A stretch of 64,000 bases of DNA from Candidatus Micrarchaeota archaeon (GTDB lineage Archaea; Micrarchaeota; Micrarchaeia; Anstonellales; JAHKLY01). The DNA lies in NCBI GenBank assembly GCA_020854825.1, contig JAHKLY010000006.1, positions 10,743 through 74,742 of the forward strand. Reading direction: 5' to 3'. Under the pieces are notes generated by a model, which saw only the letters and a list, made by a program, of their open reading frames with translations, did not search any database and was not told where the DNA came from. The position numbers were made by a program, and so were the translations under genes. Below are positions 28,557 to 38,201 of the stretch, one piece after another (positions within the stretch are counted from its first letter, which is position 1; each line of letters opens with the position of its first letter).

Positions 28557-28613
28557 AAGCAGTTGAATCATTTCCAAAAATTGAAATTATTCAATTCTTT
28601 AGAGGGTTTATTG

Positions 28614-29582
28614 ATGGCTAAACATAACAGACCAAGAAGGGGATCTATGGCCTTCAGGCCAAGAAAACGTTCAGAAACACAAATGCCTAGTGTTGGTGCT
28701 TGGCCAAAAGTAGAAGACTCACGATTATTGGGTTTTGCAGGATATAAAGCAGGTATGACCCACATCCTATATGTTGACGATACTAAATCACATAAAAAAG
28801 GTAAAGAAGTTTTTACCCCTGTGACAATTATTGAAACTCCTCCAATAACTGTTTTTGGAATAAGATTTTATAAAAATAAAAATGTTGTTTTAGATTTTTT
28901 AACTGAAAATGAAAATGTTTTGAAAAACTTGAAATTTAATAAGTTATTAAAAGAAAAGAAAAAACAAGAGCTTCCTTCTGAATTTGATGATATATCAGTT
29001 TTAGTATTTGTAGATCCTAAATCTGTTATTTCCATAGGAAAAAAGAAAATTGAAAAAATGGAAATCGGATTAGGTGGAAAAGATAAAGAAAGCAAATTAG
29101 AATATGCTAAATCTATTTTAGGAAAACAATTAAAAGCAAATGAAATATTTAAAGACGGAGAGATTATTGATATTGTTGCAATAACAAAAGGTAAAGGATG
29201 GCAAGGAGTAGTAAAAAGATTTGGGGTAAACCTAAGAAATAGAAAACAAACTGCAAAAAGAAGACATGGTGGTCCATTAGGTACTATGGGTATGGGTTTT
29301 GTTGCATACACAATACCAAGAGCAGGACAAGTAGGATATCATAAAAGAACTGAAATAAATAAAAGAATAATGAAAATAGGAAAACAGGAAGAAATTGATA
29401 AAATAATACCAAAAGGAGGTTTTGTTAACTATGGTATTATTAATAATGATTTTATTATACTAAAAGGTTCAACAGCAGGACCTAAAAAAAGGTTAATTAG
29501 ATTTAGAAAATCTATGAGAAAAAGAGATGCGCCTATGATTGCACCAAATATCTCATATATTTCTCAAAGATCACAACAATAG
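28614..29582 (+). CDS. rpl3: 50S ribosomal protein L3 (uL3)
   Basis: MAKHNRPRRGSMAFRPRKRSE…WPKVEDSRLLGFAGYKAGMTHI… uL3 signature. Start moved to M18. Confidence 0.85.
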   Translation: MAKHNRPRRGSMAFRPRKRSETQMPSVGAWPKVEDSRLLGFAGYKAGMTHILYVDDTKSHKKGKEVFTPVTIIETPPITVFGIRFYKNKNVVLDFLTENENVLKNLKFNKLLKEKKKQELPSEFDDISVLVFVDPKSVISIGKKKIEKMEIGLGGKDKESKLEYAKSILGKQLKANEIFKDGEIIDIVAITKGKGWQGVVKRFGVNLRNRKQTAKRRHGGPLGTMGMGFVAYTIPRAGQVGYHKRTEINKRIMKIGKQEEIDKIIPKGGFVNYGIINNDFIILKGSTAGPKKRLIRFRKSMRKRDAPMIAPNISYISQRSQQ

Positions 29583-29592
29583 GTGGAATTAA

Positions 29593-30360
29593 ATGAAAGC
29601 AGATGTATTTGGAATTGACGGTAAAAAAACAAAACAAGTAGAATTACCTAAAGTTTTCAAAGAAAAAATTAGAGAAGACTTAATAAAACGAGCGGTTCTA
29701 TCTGATCAATCTAAAAAATATCAACCAAAAGGAAATTACATTTGGGCAGGATTAGAAACATCTGCAAGATACAGAGGTAGAAAAGAAGCATATGGTTCAT
29801 TAAAAAATAAAGGGCAAGCTATGCTTCCAAGAGAAATAAGACCTAAAGGAAGATGGGGAGATGTTAAGGTAGTTCCATTTTCAAAAGGTGGAAGAAGGGC
29901 ACATCCCCCAAAAGTTGAAAAAGTGATAATAGAAAAAATAAATAAAAAAGAATATGAAAAAGCATTAAAAAGTGCAATAGCAGCAACAGCAAATTTAGAA
30001 ATTGTACAAAAAAGAGGACACAAAACAGAAATTGTTCCTATTATATTAGAAGATACATTTAATAAAATAAATAAAACAAAAGAAATTAATAAAATTTTAT
30101 CTACTCTATTTAGAGAAGACTTAAAAAGAGGAAAAGAAACAAAAAAGAGGACAACAAGAAAAGCAGGAAAGAGAACTCCTAAAACTGCTTTAATAGTAGT
30201 AACAGAAAATTCAGATCTTTTAAAATCATCAAAAAATATTTCTGGACTTGATGTAGTCTTAACAAAAGATTTAACAGTTGAATTATTAGCACCTGGTGCA
30301 AGTGCTGGACGATTAACTTGTTATACTGAAAGTGCATTAAAAGAATTAGAAAAAATGTGA
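29593..30360 (+). CDS. rpl4: 50S ribosomal protein L4 (uL4)
   Basis: MKADVFGIDGKKTKQVELPKVF…RAVLSDQSKKYQPKG… uL4 family. AGGTGG Shine-Dalgarno. Confidence 0.85.
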   Translation: MKADVFGIDGKKTKQVELPKVFKEKIREDLIKRAVLSDQSKKYQPKGNYIWAGLETSARYRGRKEAYGSLKNKGQAMLPREIRPKGRWGDVKVVPFSKGGRRAHPPKVEKVIIEKINKKEYEKALKSAIAATANLEIVQKRGHKTEIVPIILEDTFNKINKTKEINKILSTLFREDLKRGKETKKRTTRKAGKRTPKTALIVVTENSDLLKSSKNISGLDVVLTKDLTVELLAPGASAGRLTCYTESALKELEKM

Positions 30361-30617
30361 TATTTATGGAATCATTAAAATATTTAATTTCAACAGAAAA
30401 AGCCGTCGGATTAATGGAAATACAAAATACATTGATATTTGTAGTTAAAAAAGATGCAACAAAAAAACAAATAAAAAAAGATATTGAAGAAACATATGGA
30501 GTTAAAATAGATAAAATAAATATATTAAATTCAATAAAGGGAGAGAAAAAGGCATTTGTAAAATTAAATGAACAATTCAGAGCAGATGATATTGCTGCAA
30601 AATTAAAAATGATTTAA
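30357..30617 (+). CDS. rpl23: 50S ribosomal protein L23 (uL23)
   Basis: …LISTEKAVGLMEIQNTLIFVVKKDATKKQIKKDIEETYGVKIDKINIL… uL23 signature. Overlaps the L4 stop (ATGA). Confidence 0.85.
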   Translation: MIFMESLKYLISTEKAVGLMEIQNTLIFVVKKDATKKQIKKDIEETYGVKIDKINILNSIKGEKKAFVKLNEQFRADDIAAKLKMI

Positions 30618-30630
30618 CTTTGGTGAAACT

Positions 30631-31359
30631 ATGGGTAAAAGATTAACACAACAAAAAAGAGGAAAAGGAAGCCCAGCTTACAAAACTCCTAATCATAGAT
30701 TTAAAGCAAGAACTGGATTTAGAAATTATGATATTCTTGAAAGAGAATCTTCTATAAAAGGAGAAATAATTGGATTCTTAGATGATCCCGGCCATCAATC
30801 TTTATTAATGGAAATCTTATTTGAAAATGGAGATATTTCAGTATTACCTGCAACAGAAGGATTAAAAATTGGAGATCATATTGACTGTGGAATAACTGCA
30901 AAACCAAAACCAGGTAATATATTGCCTATTGGAAAAATACCAGAAGGAAGTTATGTTTATAATTTAGAATTAAGAATGGGAGATAAGGGAAAGTTTGTAA
31001 GATCTCCTGGATCATATGCAGTTTTAGTTGCAAAAGAAGGAGAAAATATTATAATTAAATTACCAAGTAAAAGAATGATAAAACTTTCCTCAGATTGTAG
31101 AGCTCAAATTGGAGTTATAGCAGGAGGGGGAAGATTAGAAAAACCTATGATAACCGCAGGACATGGACACTTTAAGTCAAAAGCAAGAAACACAAGGTGG
31201 CCAAAAGTTAGAGGAGTAGCAATGAATGCAGTAGCACATCCCCATGGTGGTAAACAACACCATGCAGGTACATCAACATCAGTTTCAAGACATGCATCAC
31301 CTGGACAAAAGGTTGGACATATTGCATCAAGAAGAACAGGAAGAAAGAAAAAAGGTTAA
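30631..31359 (+). CDS. rpl2: 50S ribosomal protein L2 (uL2)
   Basis: MGKRLTQQKRGKGSPAYKTPNHRFKAR…GVAMNAVAHPHGGKQHHAGTSTSVSRHASPGQKVG… uL2 C-terminal signature. Confidence 0.9.
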   Translation: MGKRLTQQKRGKGSPAYKTPNHRFKARTGFRNYDILERESSIKGEIIGFLDDPGHQSLLMEILFENGDISVLPATEGLKIGDHIDCGITAKPKPGNILPIGKIPEGSYVYNLELRMGDKGKFVRSPGSYAVLVAKEGENIIIKLPSKRMIKLSSDCRAQIGVIAGGGRLEKPMITAGHGHFKSKARNTRWPKVRGVAMNAVAHPHGGKQHHAGTSTSVSRHASPGQKVGHIASRRTGRKKKG

Positions 31360-31371
31360 ATGGTGATATGA

Positions 31372-31776
31372 TTGGCAAAAATAATAACATTTAAGGGTAA
31401 AACAGAGGAAGAATTACAAAACATGAGTATTGATGAATTCTCAAATTTACTTACATCAAGAGATAGAAGAACAATAAAAAGAATGAATTCAAAATTCTTA
31501 AAATATAAAGAATTAATTAAAAAAGTTAAAGAATATAAAAAACAAGGAAAAGATAAAAAAGTAATAAAAACTCACATTCGTTCAGCAGTTATTTTACCTG
31601 AATGGTTAGGATTAACCTTTGGAATACATAATGGTAAAGAATTCAAAAAAGTTGAAATTACAATTGATAAATTAGGACATAGATTAGGGGATTTTGCTCA
31701 TACAACTGGGAAAGTCGCACACTCTGGACCTGGAGTCGGAGCTACAAGAGGTTCTAAATTCGTACCACTCAAATAA
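31372..31776 (+). CDS. rps19: 30S ribosomal protein S19 (uS19)
   Basis: …IKTHIRSAVILPEWLGLTFGIHNGKEFKKVEITIDKLGHRLGDFAHT… uS19 signature. Confidence 0.9.
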   Translation: MAKIITFKGKTEEELQNMSIDEFSNLLTSRDRRTIKRMNSKFLKYKELIKKVKEYKKQGKDKKVIKTHIRSAVILPEWLGLTFGIHNGKEFKKVEITIDKLGHRLGDFAHTTGKVAHSGPGVGATRGSKFVPLK

Positions 31777-32223
31777 GTGATAAATATGAAAAAATATATG
31801 ACAAACGGAACAGAAAAAAGCGCTAAGGCAAGAATTGAAGGCGTTAATGCATCGTACAAACAGCTTTCAGCAGTTTGTGATAATGTAAAAGGAATGGAAA
31901 TAGAAGATGCATTAAATTTCTTAGAATCTGCAGCCATTGGACAACAAGTAGTAAGATTTAGAAAACATAATAAAAGGATGGCACACAGAAAAGAACTAGG
32001 AGGTCAAAAAGGAAGATGGCCTAAAAAAGCATCAAAAATTGTATTACAAGTATTAAAAAATGCAAAGGCAAACGCAGACACAAAAGGATTATTAAATCCA
32101 TTTGTTTCACATATTGCCGCAAACAAACAAAAAAAATATCCAAGAGTTGCACCAAGAGGAAAAACTATGATGGCAAATTATGAAACTTCATTTGTTGAAG
32201 TTATTTTAGAAGAAAAAGTATGA
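31777..32223 (+). CDS. rpl22: 50S ribosomal protein L22 (uL22)
   Basis: …KSAKARIEGVNASYKQLSAVCDNVKGMEIEDALNFLE… uL22 family. Conserved position between S19 and S3. Confidence 0.85.
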   Translation: MINMKKYMTNGTEKSAKARIEGVNASYKQLSAVCDNVKGMEIEDALNFLESAAIGQQVVRFRKHNKRMAHRKELGGQKGRWPKKASKIVLQVLKNAKANADTKGLLNPFVSHIAANKQKKYPRVAPRGKTMMANYETSFVEVILEEKV

Positions 32224-32232
32224 GGTTATTAA

Positions 32233-32964
32233 ATGACTATAGAAAGAAAATTTATTCAAGATTCAATTGCAAAATATAAAGTTTCTAAATTCTTAGAAAA
32301 AGAATTAGATAAATCTGGATTTTCTGGAGTAAATATACAAAGAACTCCAATAGTTACAAGAATTGAAGTTGAAGTAACAAGACCAGGTAAAGTTATTGGA
32401 AAGAAAGGTAAGAATATTAGTAAAATAACAGAAACAATAAAGGAAGAATTTGGAATGGATAATCCTCAAATTGCAGTTATTGAAACTCCATATCCAATTT
32501 TGAATCCAATATTAGTTGCAAAAAGAGCATGTAGATATATTGAGATGGGTAAAAAAGTCAAACCTATATTAAATGGTTTATTAAAAGAAATTATGAGTTC
32601 AGGTGCAATGGGTGCAGAAATAGTTGCATCTGGAAAATTAGCAGGAAAGGGAGGAAGAGCAAGATCCTTTAGAGTTCTTGCAGGTTATATTCCAAAATCA
32701 GGAGAACCAACAAGATTAGTAAGAAAAGCTCACTATGCTGCTTATCCCAAAGCAGGAGCAATTGGTATTTATGTTAGAATTGTTCCACCTGGAACAAAAT
32801 TCCCAGATAAAGAAATTGGACAAAAAATTGAAATTCCAAAAATAATTTCAAAAGCCGAAGAAATAGAACAAGTTAAAAAAAGAGGGGATGAAGAAACAGA
32901 TGAAACTAAAAAAAGAAGTGCCCCTCCAAGAAGAAAAGCACCTATAAAACGAGGTAGAAAATAA
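32233..32964 (+). CDS. rps3: 30S ribosomal protein S3 (uS3, KH domain)
   Basis: …FLEKELDKSGFSGVNIQRTPIVTRIEVEVTRPGKVIGKKGKNISKITE… KH domain. C-terminal basic tail. Confidence 0.9.
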   Translation: MTIERKFIQDSIAKYKVSKFLEKELDKSGFSGVNIQRTPIVTRIEVEVTRPGKVIGKKGKNISKITETIKEEFGMDNPQIAVIETPYPILNPILVAKRACRYIEMGKKVKPILNGLLKEIMSSGAMGAEIVASGKLAGKGGRARSFRVLAGYIPKSGEPTRLVRKAHYAAYPKAGAIGIYVRIVPPGTKFPDKEIGQKIEIPKIISKAEEIEQVKKRGDEETDETKKRSAPPRRKAPIKRGRK

Positions 32965-33254
32965 TGGCTATAAAAGCAAATGAATTAAGACTCTTGGATG
33001 AATTATCCTTACAAAAAAAACTAGTAGACTTAGAAAAAGAACTAATGATCGAAACCACACAAGTAAAAGCAGGAGGTAGGGCACCCAATCCAGGTAAAAT
33101 CAAAACAATAAAAAAAGCAATTGCTGTTGTTAGAACAATTATTCATGAAAGAAAATTAAATATTAAACGTGAAGTTAAAAAAACAGTCGTAAAACCAAAA
33201 GAAGAAACTGTTAAAAAAGAAACAAAAAATGAGGTGGAAAAAAAGGATGCCTGA
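32964..33254 (+). CDS. rpl29: 50S ribosomal protein L29 (uL29)
   Basis: MAIKANELRLLDELSLQKKLVDLEKELMIE… uL29 signature. Start overlaps the S3 stop (TAATG). Confidence 0.85.
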   Translation: MAIKANELRLLDELSLQKKLVDLEKELMIETTQVKAGGRAPNPGKIKTIKKAIAVVRTIIHERKLNIKREVKKTVVKPKEETVKKETKNEVEKKDA

Positions 33255-33561
33255 GATATGTGCAAAATGTGGATTACCTAAAGATATTTGCGTTTGCGAT
33301 ATCTTGGAAAAAGAGGAAACACAACAACTAAAAGTTTATACAACTAAAAAAAGATTCAATAAGTTTGTAACTGTTGTTGAAGGGATTGACAAAGATAAGT
33401 TAAATAAAACAGTAAAACACTTAAAACAAGATCTTGCTTGTGGAGGCACAGCAAAAGATGGAATTATTGTTTTACAAGGAGATCACAAAAACAAAGTGAA
33501 AAAACTTTTAGTAGAAATGGGATATCCAGAAGAAATAATTTCTGTTGAAGAAAGGAGATAA
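33247..33561 (+). CDS. sui1: Translation initiation factor SUI1 (aSUI1/eIF1)
   Basis: MPEICAKCGLPKDICVCD… Zn-binding N-terminus. …KFVTVVEGI…DLACGGTAKDGIIVLQGDHKNKVKKLLVEMGY… SUI1 domain. Start moved to internal Met. Confidence 0.8.
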   Translation: MPEICAKCGLPKDICVCDILEKEETQQLKVYTTKKRFNKFVTVVEGIDKDKLNKTVKHLKQDLACGGTAKDGIIVLQGDHKNKVKKLLVEMGYPEEIISVEERR

Positions 33562-33835
33562 TCCCATGATAACAAAAAATAATATTCAAATGCATGAATT
33601 AATTGGTTTGGAAGTGGAAATTATTGAAAGTGTTTCCGCCCCATATAAAGGAATCAAAGGAAAGGTTATCAATGAACAAAAGAATGTATTGATAATTGAA
33701 GACAATATAAAAGAAAAAATAATCCCAAAAAAAGGGAATGTTTTCCAATTTAAAGTTGGAAAAGAAAGTATTAAAGTCAAAGGAGATGAAATTTGTTATG
33801 CTCCTGAGGACAGATTAAAAAAGGTGAAAAAATGA
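33545..33835 (+). CDS. rnp1: RNase P protein component 1 (Rpp29/Pop4)
   Basis: …ELIGLEVEIIESVSAPYKGIKGKVINEQKNVLIIED…KKGNVFQFKVG… Rpp29 Sm-like barrel signature. Conserved position before S17. Confidence 0.8.
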   Translation: MKKGDNPMITKNNIQMHELIGLEVEIIESVSAPYKGIKGKVINEQKNVLIIEDNIKEKIIPKKGNVFQFKVGKESIKVKGDEICYAPEDRLKKVKK

Positions 33836-34149
33836 CAACAAAAAAGAAAGAAAATGTTGAATGTAATGATAAACACTGTTTTATACATGGGGACATAAAA
33901 GTTAGAGGAGGCACTTTAACTGGAGAAGTTATCAGCAATAAAGCAGATAAAACAGCAGTAATACAAAGACATACAGCAAAAAAAATAACAAAATATAAAA
34001 GATATGCTAGAACACATTCAAAAATTCACGCTCATAACCCCTTATGCATAAATGCAAAAGTAGGGGATAAAGTAAAAATCGCAGAATGCAGAAAGATTAG
34101 TAAAACAAAAGCATGGACAATAATTGAAATATTAAAAACAGGTGAATAA
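33832..34149 (+). CDS. rps17: 30S ribosomal protein S17 (uS17)
   Basis: …DKHCFIHGDIKVRGGTLTGEVISNKADKTAVIQRHTAKKITKYKRYARTHSKIHAHNPLCINAKVGDKVKIAECRKISKTK… uS17 signature. Confidence 0.9.
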   Translation: MTTKKKENVECNDKHCFIHGDIKVRGGTLTGEVISNKADKTAVIQRHTAKKITKYKRYARTHSKIHAHNPLCINAKVGDKVKIAECRKISKTKAWTIIEILKTGE

Positions 34150-34152
34150 AAT

Positions 34153-34554
34153 ATGAAACCCTTAACTTCAAGAATAACAAAAGGTTTAACAACCGGAACA
34201 AGAATGACTTGCGCTGACAATAGCGGAGCAAAAATATATGAGATAATTGGAGTTTTGAAATATCATGGAGTTAGGGGAAGATATCCTAAAGCAGGAGTAG
34301 GAGATACAGTTATTTGTTCAGTTAAAAAAGGAAATCCACAAAAAAGAAAAAAAGTAGTAAAAGTACTCATAGTAAGACAAAAAAAAGAATACAGAAGAGC
34401 AGATGGAACAAGAGTTCAATTTGAAGATAATGCAGGAGTAGAATTAGATCCTGAGAAAAAAATTCCAATCGGAACAGAAATAAAGGGTGCAATTGGTAGG
34501 GAGATTGTTGAAAGATATCCAAAAGTTGCTGCTATTGCATCCATTGTAATATAA
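34153..34554 (+). CDS. rpl14: 50S ribosomal protein L14 (uL14)
   Basis: …LTTGTRMTCADNSGAKIYEIIGV…VKKGNPQKRKKVVKVLIVRQKK…FEDNAGV… uL14 signature. Confidence 0.9.
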   Translation: MKPLTSRITKGLTTGTRMTCADNSGAKIYEIIGVLKYHGVRGRYPKAGVGDTVICSVKKGNPQKRKKVVKVLIVRQKKEYRRADGTRVQFEDNAGVELDPEKKIPIGTEIKGAIGREIVERYPKVAAIASIVI

Positions 34555-34565
34555 GGTGAATTAAA

Positions 34566-34922
34566 ATGATAAAATCATCAAAACCAAGAAAACAAAGGAA
34601 ATTCATTAGGGAAGCACCCTTTCATATACGAAAAAAATTCCTTAATGCACATATTTCAAAACCATTAAAAACTCAGTTAGGAACAAAAAAACGAACAATT
34701 GCAATTAAAAAAGGAGATAAAGTACAAATAAAAGTAGGCAACAAAAAAGGAAAATCTGGGAAAATACTAAAAGTAAATTATAAACGATCAATGATATATA
34801 TAGAAGGAATAACAAGATTAAATTCAAAAAGTGAAGAAAAATTTATAGCTGTTAGACCTTCAAATATAGAAATAATTGAATTAGTAATGGATAAAGACAG
34901 AACAAAAATATTTAAAAGGTGA
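34566..34922 (+). CDS. rpl24: 50S ribosomal protein L24 (uL24, KOW)
   Basis: …IRKKFLNAHISKPLKTQLGTKKRTIAIKKGDKVQIKVGNKKGKSGKILKV… KOW motif. Confidence 0.85.
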   Translation: MIKSSKPRKQRKFIREAPFHIRKKFLNAHISKPLKTQLGTKKRTIAIKKGDKVQIKVGNKKGKSGKILKVNYKRSMIYIEGITRLNSKSEEKFIAVRPSNIEIIELVMDKDRTKIFKR

Positions 34923-34928
34923 ATTTAG

Positions 34929-35633
34929 ATGAGTAAAAAAGGAGGATCAATCCATAAAAAAAGATTAAACGCTTCAACAATAACAGTATTGGAAAAAAGA
35001 AAAGGCCATAAATGGATAGTTGGAACAAAACCAGGACCCCATAATAAAGAATTAAGTGTTCCAATAACAGTAGTATTAAGAGATCTATTTAAAACTGTAA
35101 AAACAGCAAAAGAAGCAAAAAAATTAATTAGAGATGGAAAAATTTTAATTGATAATAAAAAAATAAAAGACCATAAATTACCCATAGGATTAATGGATTT
35201 AATTTCTTTCCCGGAAGAAAAAATAACATATATGATGACATTAAATAAACATGGTAAATTAATAGGAAAGGAAATAAAAGAAAATAACACAAAACTAGGA
35301 AAAGTTGTTAAAAAAACAAAAATAAAAAAAGATAAAATTACAATTACCTTACATGATGGAAAAACAATAATTTCAGACAACAATGTTAAAATAGGTGATA
35401 CAATTTTACTATCTTTAAAAGATAAAAAAATAAATAATCTCTTAAAATTAGAAATTGGAGCTAATTGTTATATCATGGATGGAAAACATGTGGGACATAT
35501 AGGAATATTAAAAGAAATAATAAAAACAGAAAATTCAAAACAGAAAATTGCAAAAATTGATGCAAAAGGAAAAGAAATTATAACAGTTTTAGAATATTTA
35601 TTTATAGTTAATCCAGAATGGGGGAATGAATAA
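34929..35633 (+). CDS. rps4e: 30S ribosomal protein S4e (eS4)
   Basis: MSKKGGSIHKKRLNAS…KGHKWIVGTKPGPHNKELSVPITVVLRDLFKTVKTAKEAKKLIRDGKILIDNK… S4e signature. Confidence 0.9.
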   Translation: MSKKGGSIHKKRLNASTITVLEKRKGHKWIVGTKPGPHNKELSVPITVVLRDLFKTVKTAKEAKKLIRDGKILIDNKKIKDHKLPIGLMDLISFPEEKITYMMTLNKHGKLIGKEIKENNTKLGKVVKKTKIKKDKITITLHDGKTIISDNNVKIGDTILLSLKDKKINNLLKLEIGANCYIMDGKHVGHIGILKEIIKTENSKQKIAKIDAKGKEIITVLEYLFIVNPEWGNE

Positions 35634-36136
35634 TGAATATGCAAGAAATACTAGTAGAAAAAGTCACTCTAAATATTGGTGCTGGCGAAGGAGGCCAAAA
35701 ATTAGAGAATGCAAAACTATTACTGGAAAGATTAAGCGGTAGAAAAGCAATAAAAACTTTGTCAAAAACAAGGAATCCTGTATTTCATATTAAAAAAGGA
35801 GATCCAATAGGAGTTAAAGTAACCTTAAGAGGAAAATTAGCTGAGGATATTCTTAAAAAATCATTAAAAGCAGCAGAAAATAAAATATCTAAAAAATCAA
35901 TTGATAAGTTTGGAAATTTTTCGTTCGGTGTGAAAGAATACATTGATTATCCAGGAATAAAATACGATCCAACTATCGGTATTATTGGATTTGATGTATG
36001 TGTTACTTTAAAAAGAAAAGGAACAAGAATTGAAAAAAGAAGAATTAAACAAACTAAAATCGGTAAAAAACATAAAATAAAAAAAGAAGAATCAATAAAT
36101 TTTATTAAAGAAAAATATAATATTAATATAGAATAA
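35633..36136 (+). CDS. rpl5: 50S ribosomal protein L5 (uL5)
   Basis: …KVTLNIGAGEGGQKLENAKLLLERLSGRKAIKTLSKTRNPVFHIKKGDPIGVKVTLRG… uL5 signature. Confidence 0.9.
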   Translation: MNMQEILVEKVTLNIGAGEGGQKLENAKLLLERLSGRKAIKTLSKTRNPVFHIKKGDPIGVKVTLRGKLAEDILKKSLKAAENKISKKSIDKFGNFSFGVKEYIDYPGIKYDPTIGIIGFDVCVTLKRKGTRIEKRRIKQTKIGKKHKIKKEESINFIKEKYNINIE

Positions 36137-36147
36137 TTGGTGTTTAA

Positions 36148-36330
36148 ATGGCAGAAAAAAAGAAGAAAAAAATGAAAGGTGTTCCATACGAAAAAAAGTT
36201 TAAAGGTAAGATTGATGGAAAATGTAAAATATGTGGTTCAACTAGAAGTGTGATATACTCGTATAGTTTACAAATATGTAGAAAATGTTTTAGGGAAATG
36301 GCCGAAGATATTGGCTTTAGAAAATATTAG
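36148..36330 (+). CDS. rps14: 30S ribosomal protein S14 (uS14, Zn-binding type)
   Basis: …CKICGSTRSVIYSYSLQICRKCFREMAEDIGFRKY Zn-ribbon uS14 signature. Confidence 0.85.
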   Translation: MAEKKKKKMKGVPYEKKFKGKIDGKCKICGSTRSVIYSYSLQICRKCFREMAEDIGFRKY

Positions 36331-36338
36331 GTGGTAAA

Positions 36339-36725
36339 ATGGTTAATGACACAGTGGCAGATTCATTAAACAGAATGAAAACTCATGAACAAGTAGGAAA
36401 AAAAGAGTGCATTATTCAAGCATCAAAGTTAATGAAAGAAATATTAAAGATATTACAATCAAATAAGTATATTGGAACATATGAATTAATTGAAGAAGGC
36501 CATGCAAAATTATTTAGAATTGAATTAGTAGGGAGAATAAATAAATGTTCTGCAATAAAACCTAGATTTCCAGTTAAAAAAGATGAATGGACTAAATGGG
36601 AACAACAGTATATACCCGCAATTGGTTTTGGAATGTTAATAGTTTCAACACCAAAAGGAATTATGACAAATAAAGAAGCAAAAGAACATAAAGTAGGGGG
36701 CAGAATAATAGCTTATATTTATTAG
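36339..36725 (+). CDS. rps8: 30S ribosomal protein S8 (uS8)
   Basis: MVNDTVADSLNRMKTHEQVGKKECIIQASKLMKEILKILQSNKYIGTYELIEEGH… uS8 signature. Confidence 0.9.
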   Translation: MVNDTVADSLNRMKTHEQVGKKECIIQASKLMKEILKILQSNKYIGTYELIEEGHAKLFRIELVGRINKCSAIKPRFPVKKDEWTKWEQQYIPAIGFGMLIVSTPKGIMTNKEAKEHKVGGRIIAYIY

Positions 36726-37238
36726 GTGTGTTTTATGGTAGAAGAAAGATTAGAAATACCACAAGGAATTACCATGGATATAAATGGTTTACAAATAACA
36801 GTTAAAGGTCCAAAAGGAGAAATAACAAGAATCTTTAAAGTTCATGAATTACAGATAAACAAACAAGATAATTTTGTAGTATTACAAGGTAAAAAACTTT
36901 CAATTACTAGAACTATAAAATCACATATAAACAATATGTTTATTGGAGTAAAAGAAGGATATGAAAAACATATGAAAGTTGTATTTTCACATTTCCCAAT
37001 TTCATTAACTGTTAAAAATAATAAATTAGAAATCAAAAATTTTATAGGTGAAAAAAACCCAAGATTTGCTAAAATAGTTAAAAATTCAGAAGTTCAAATA
37101 AATGGACAAGATATTACAATAAAAGGAGTTGACAAAGAATCAGTTGGACAAACTGCAGCAAATTTAATGACTGCAACAAAAATTAAAAAATTAGACCCAA
37201 GAGTATTCCAAGATGGGATATATCCAAAAATTGAGTGA
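36726..37238 (+). CDS. rpl6: 50S ribosomal protein L6 (uL6)
   Basis: …IPQGITMDINGLQITVKGPKGEITRIF…NKLEIKNFIGEKNPRFAKI… uL6 signature (alternative start M4 at 36735). Confidence 0.9.
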   Translation: MCFMVEERLEIPQGITMDINGLQITVKGPKGEITRIFKVHELQINKQDNFVVLQGKKLSITRTIKSHINNMFIGVKEGYEKHMKVVFSHFPISLTVKNNKLEIKNFIGEKNPRFAKIVKNSEVQINGQDITIKGVDKESVGQTAANLMTATKIKKLDPRVFQDGIYPKIE

Positions 37239-37597
37239 TTTTTATGACAGAAGAAATTAGAAAAAAGAAAAAAGACCATCCAAGATTCAAAAGACCTAAT
37301 GTTGGAAGAACAAAAAGATCTAGGTTAGATGACAAATGGAAAAGACCAAGAGGTCAAGGTAACAAACAAAGAAAAAAACTAAACAAAGCAGGTAAATGGC
37401 CAACTATTGGTTATGGAAATTCAGATTTAATAAAAAATGTACATCCTTGTGGATTTAAAGAAGTAATAGTTCATACTATAAAAGAATTAACAAATTTAGA
37501 AAATGTTGCAATTAGAATCGGTGCAACAGTAGGAAAAAGGAAAAAAATAAAAATAATTGAAAAAGCAAAAGAAAAAGGTTTAAAAATTTTAAATTAG
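37235..37597 (+). CDS. rpl32e: 50S ribosomal protein L32e
   Basis: …KDHPRFKRPNVGRTKRSRLDDKWKRPRGQGNKQRKKLNKAGKWPTIGYGNSDLIKNVHPCGF… L32e signature. Confidence 0.85.
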   Translation: MIFMTEEIRKKKKDHPRFKRPNVGRTKRSRLDDKWKRPRGQGNKQRKKLNKAGKWPTIGYGNSDLIKNVHPCGFKEVIVHTIKELTNLENVAIRIGATVGKRKKIKIIEKAKEKGLKILN

Positions 37598-37606
37598 GTG
37601 AAATAA

Positions 37607-38191
37607 ATGTCAATAAAAACAATAAGAAGAATTGCATCAGATATATTAAACATCGGGGAAAATAAAATAAAAATAAAACCTGATGAAACTACTAAAGTAA
37701 AAGAAGCATTAACTAGGGATGACGTTAGATCATTAATTAAAGATGGAATAGTTTATAAAACAAAAAAACAAGGAGTATCAAGAGCAGGTGCAAAAGAAAG
37801 ACAAAAACAGAGAAAGAAAGGAAGACAAAAAGGTGCAGGAAAAAGAAAAGGCAGAATAAAAAAATTACCAAAAAAACAATGGATATTAAGATGTAGAATT
37901 CAAAGAGAAATTTTAACATATTTAACTAATAGTAAATTAATTGAATCTGGGGATAGAAAAAATATTTATTATAAAATCAAGGGTGGATTTTTTAAAAATA
38001 AAAGAAGTTTAATAACATACATAAATGATAATAAACTTTCAAAAAATACATTAATTTTAGAGGAAATAATTACAGAAATGAAAAAGAAAAGAAAAAAGAT
38101 AATCAAAACACCTAAACAAACAAAAGAACAAAAAAAATCTAAAAAAATAACAGAGACAAAACCAAAAGTAGTGGAGAAAAATAAAAAATAG
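37607..38191 (+). CDS. rpl19e: 50S ribosomal protein L19e
   Basis: MSIKTIRRIASDILNIGENKIKIKPDETTKVKEALTRDDVRSLIKDGIVYKTKKQGVSRAGAKERQKQRKKGR… L19e signature. Confidence 0.85.
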   Translation: MSIKTIRRIASDILNIGENKIKIKPDETTKVKEALTRDDVRSLIKDGIVYKTKKQGVSRAGAKERQKQRKKGRQKGAGKRKGRIKKLPKKQWILRCRIQREILTYLTNSKLIESGDRKNIYYKIKGGFFKNKRSLITYINDNKLSKNTLILEEIITEMKKKRKKIIKTPKQTKEQKKSKKITETKPKVVEKNKK

Positions 38192-38201
38192 GTGAATATT
38201 T

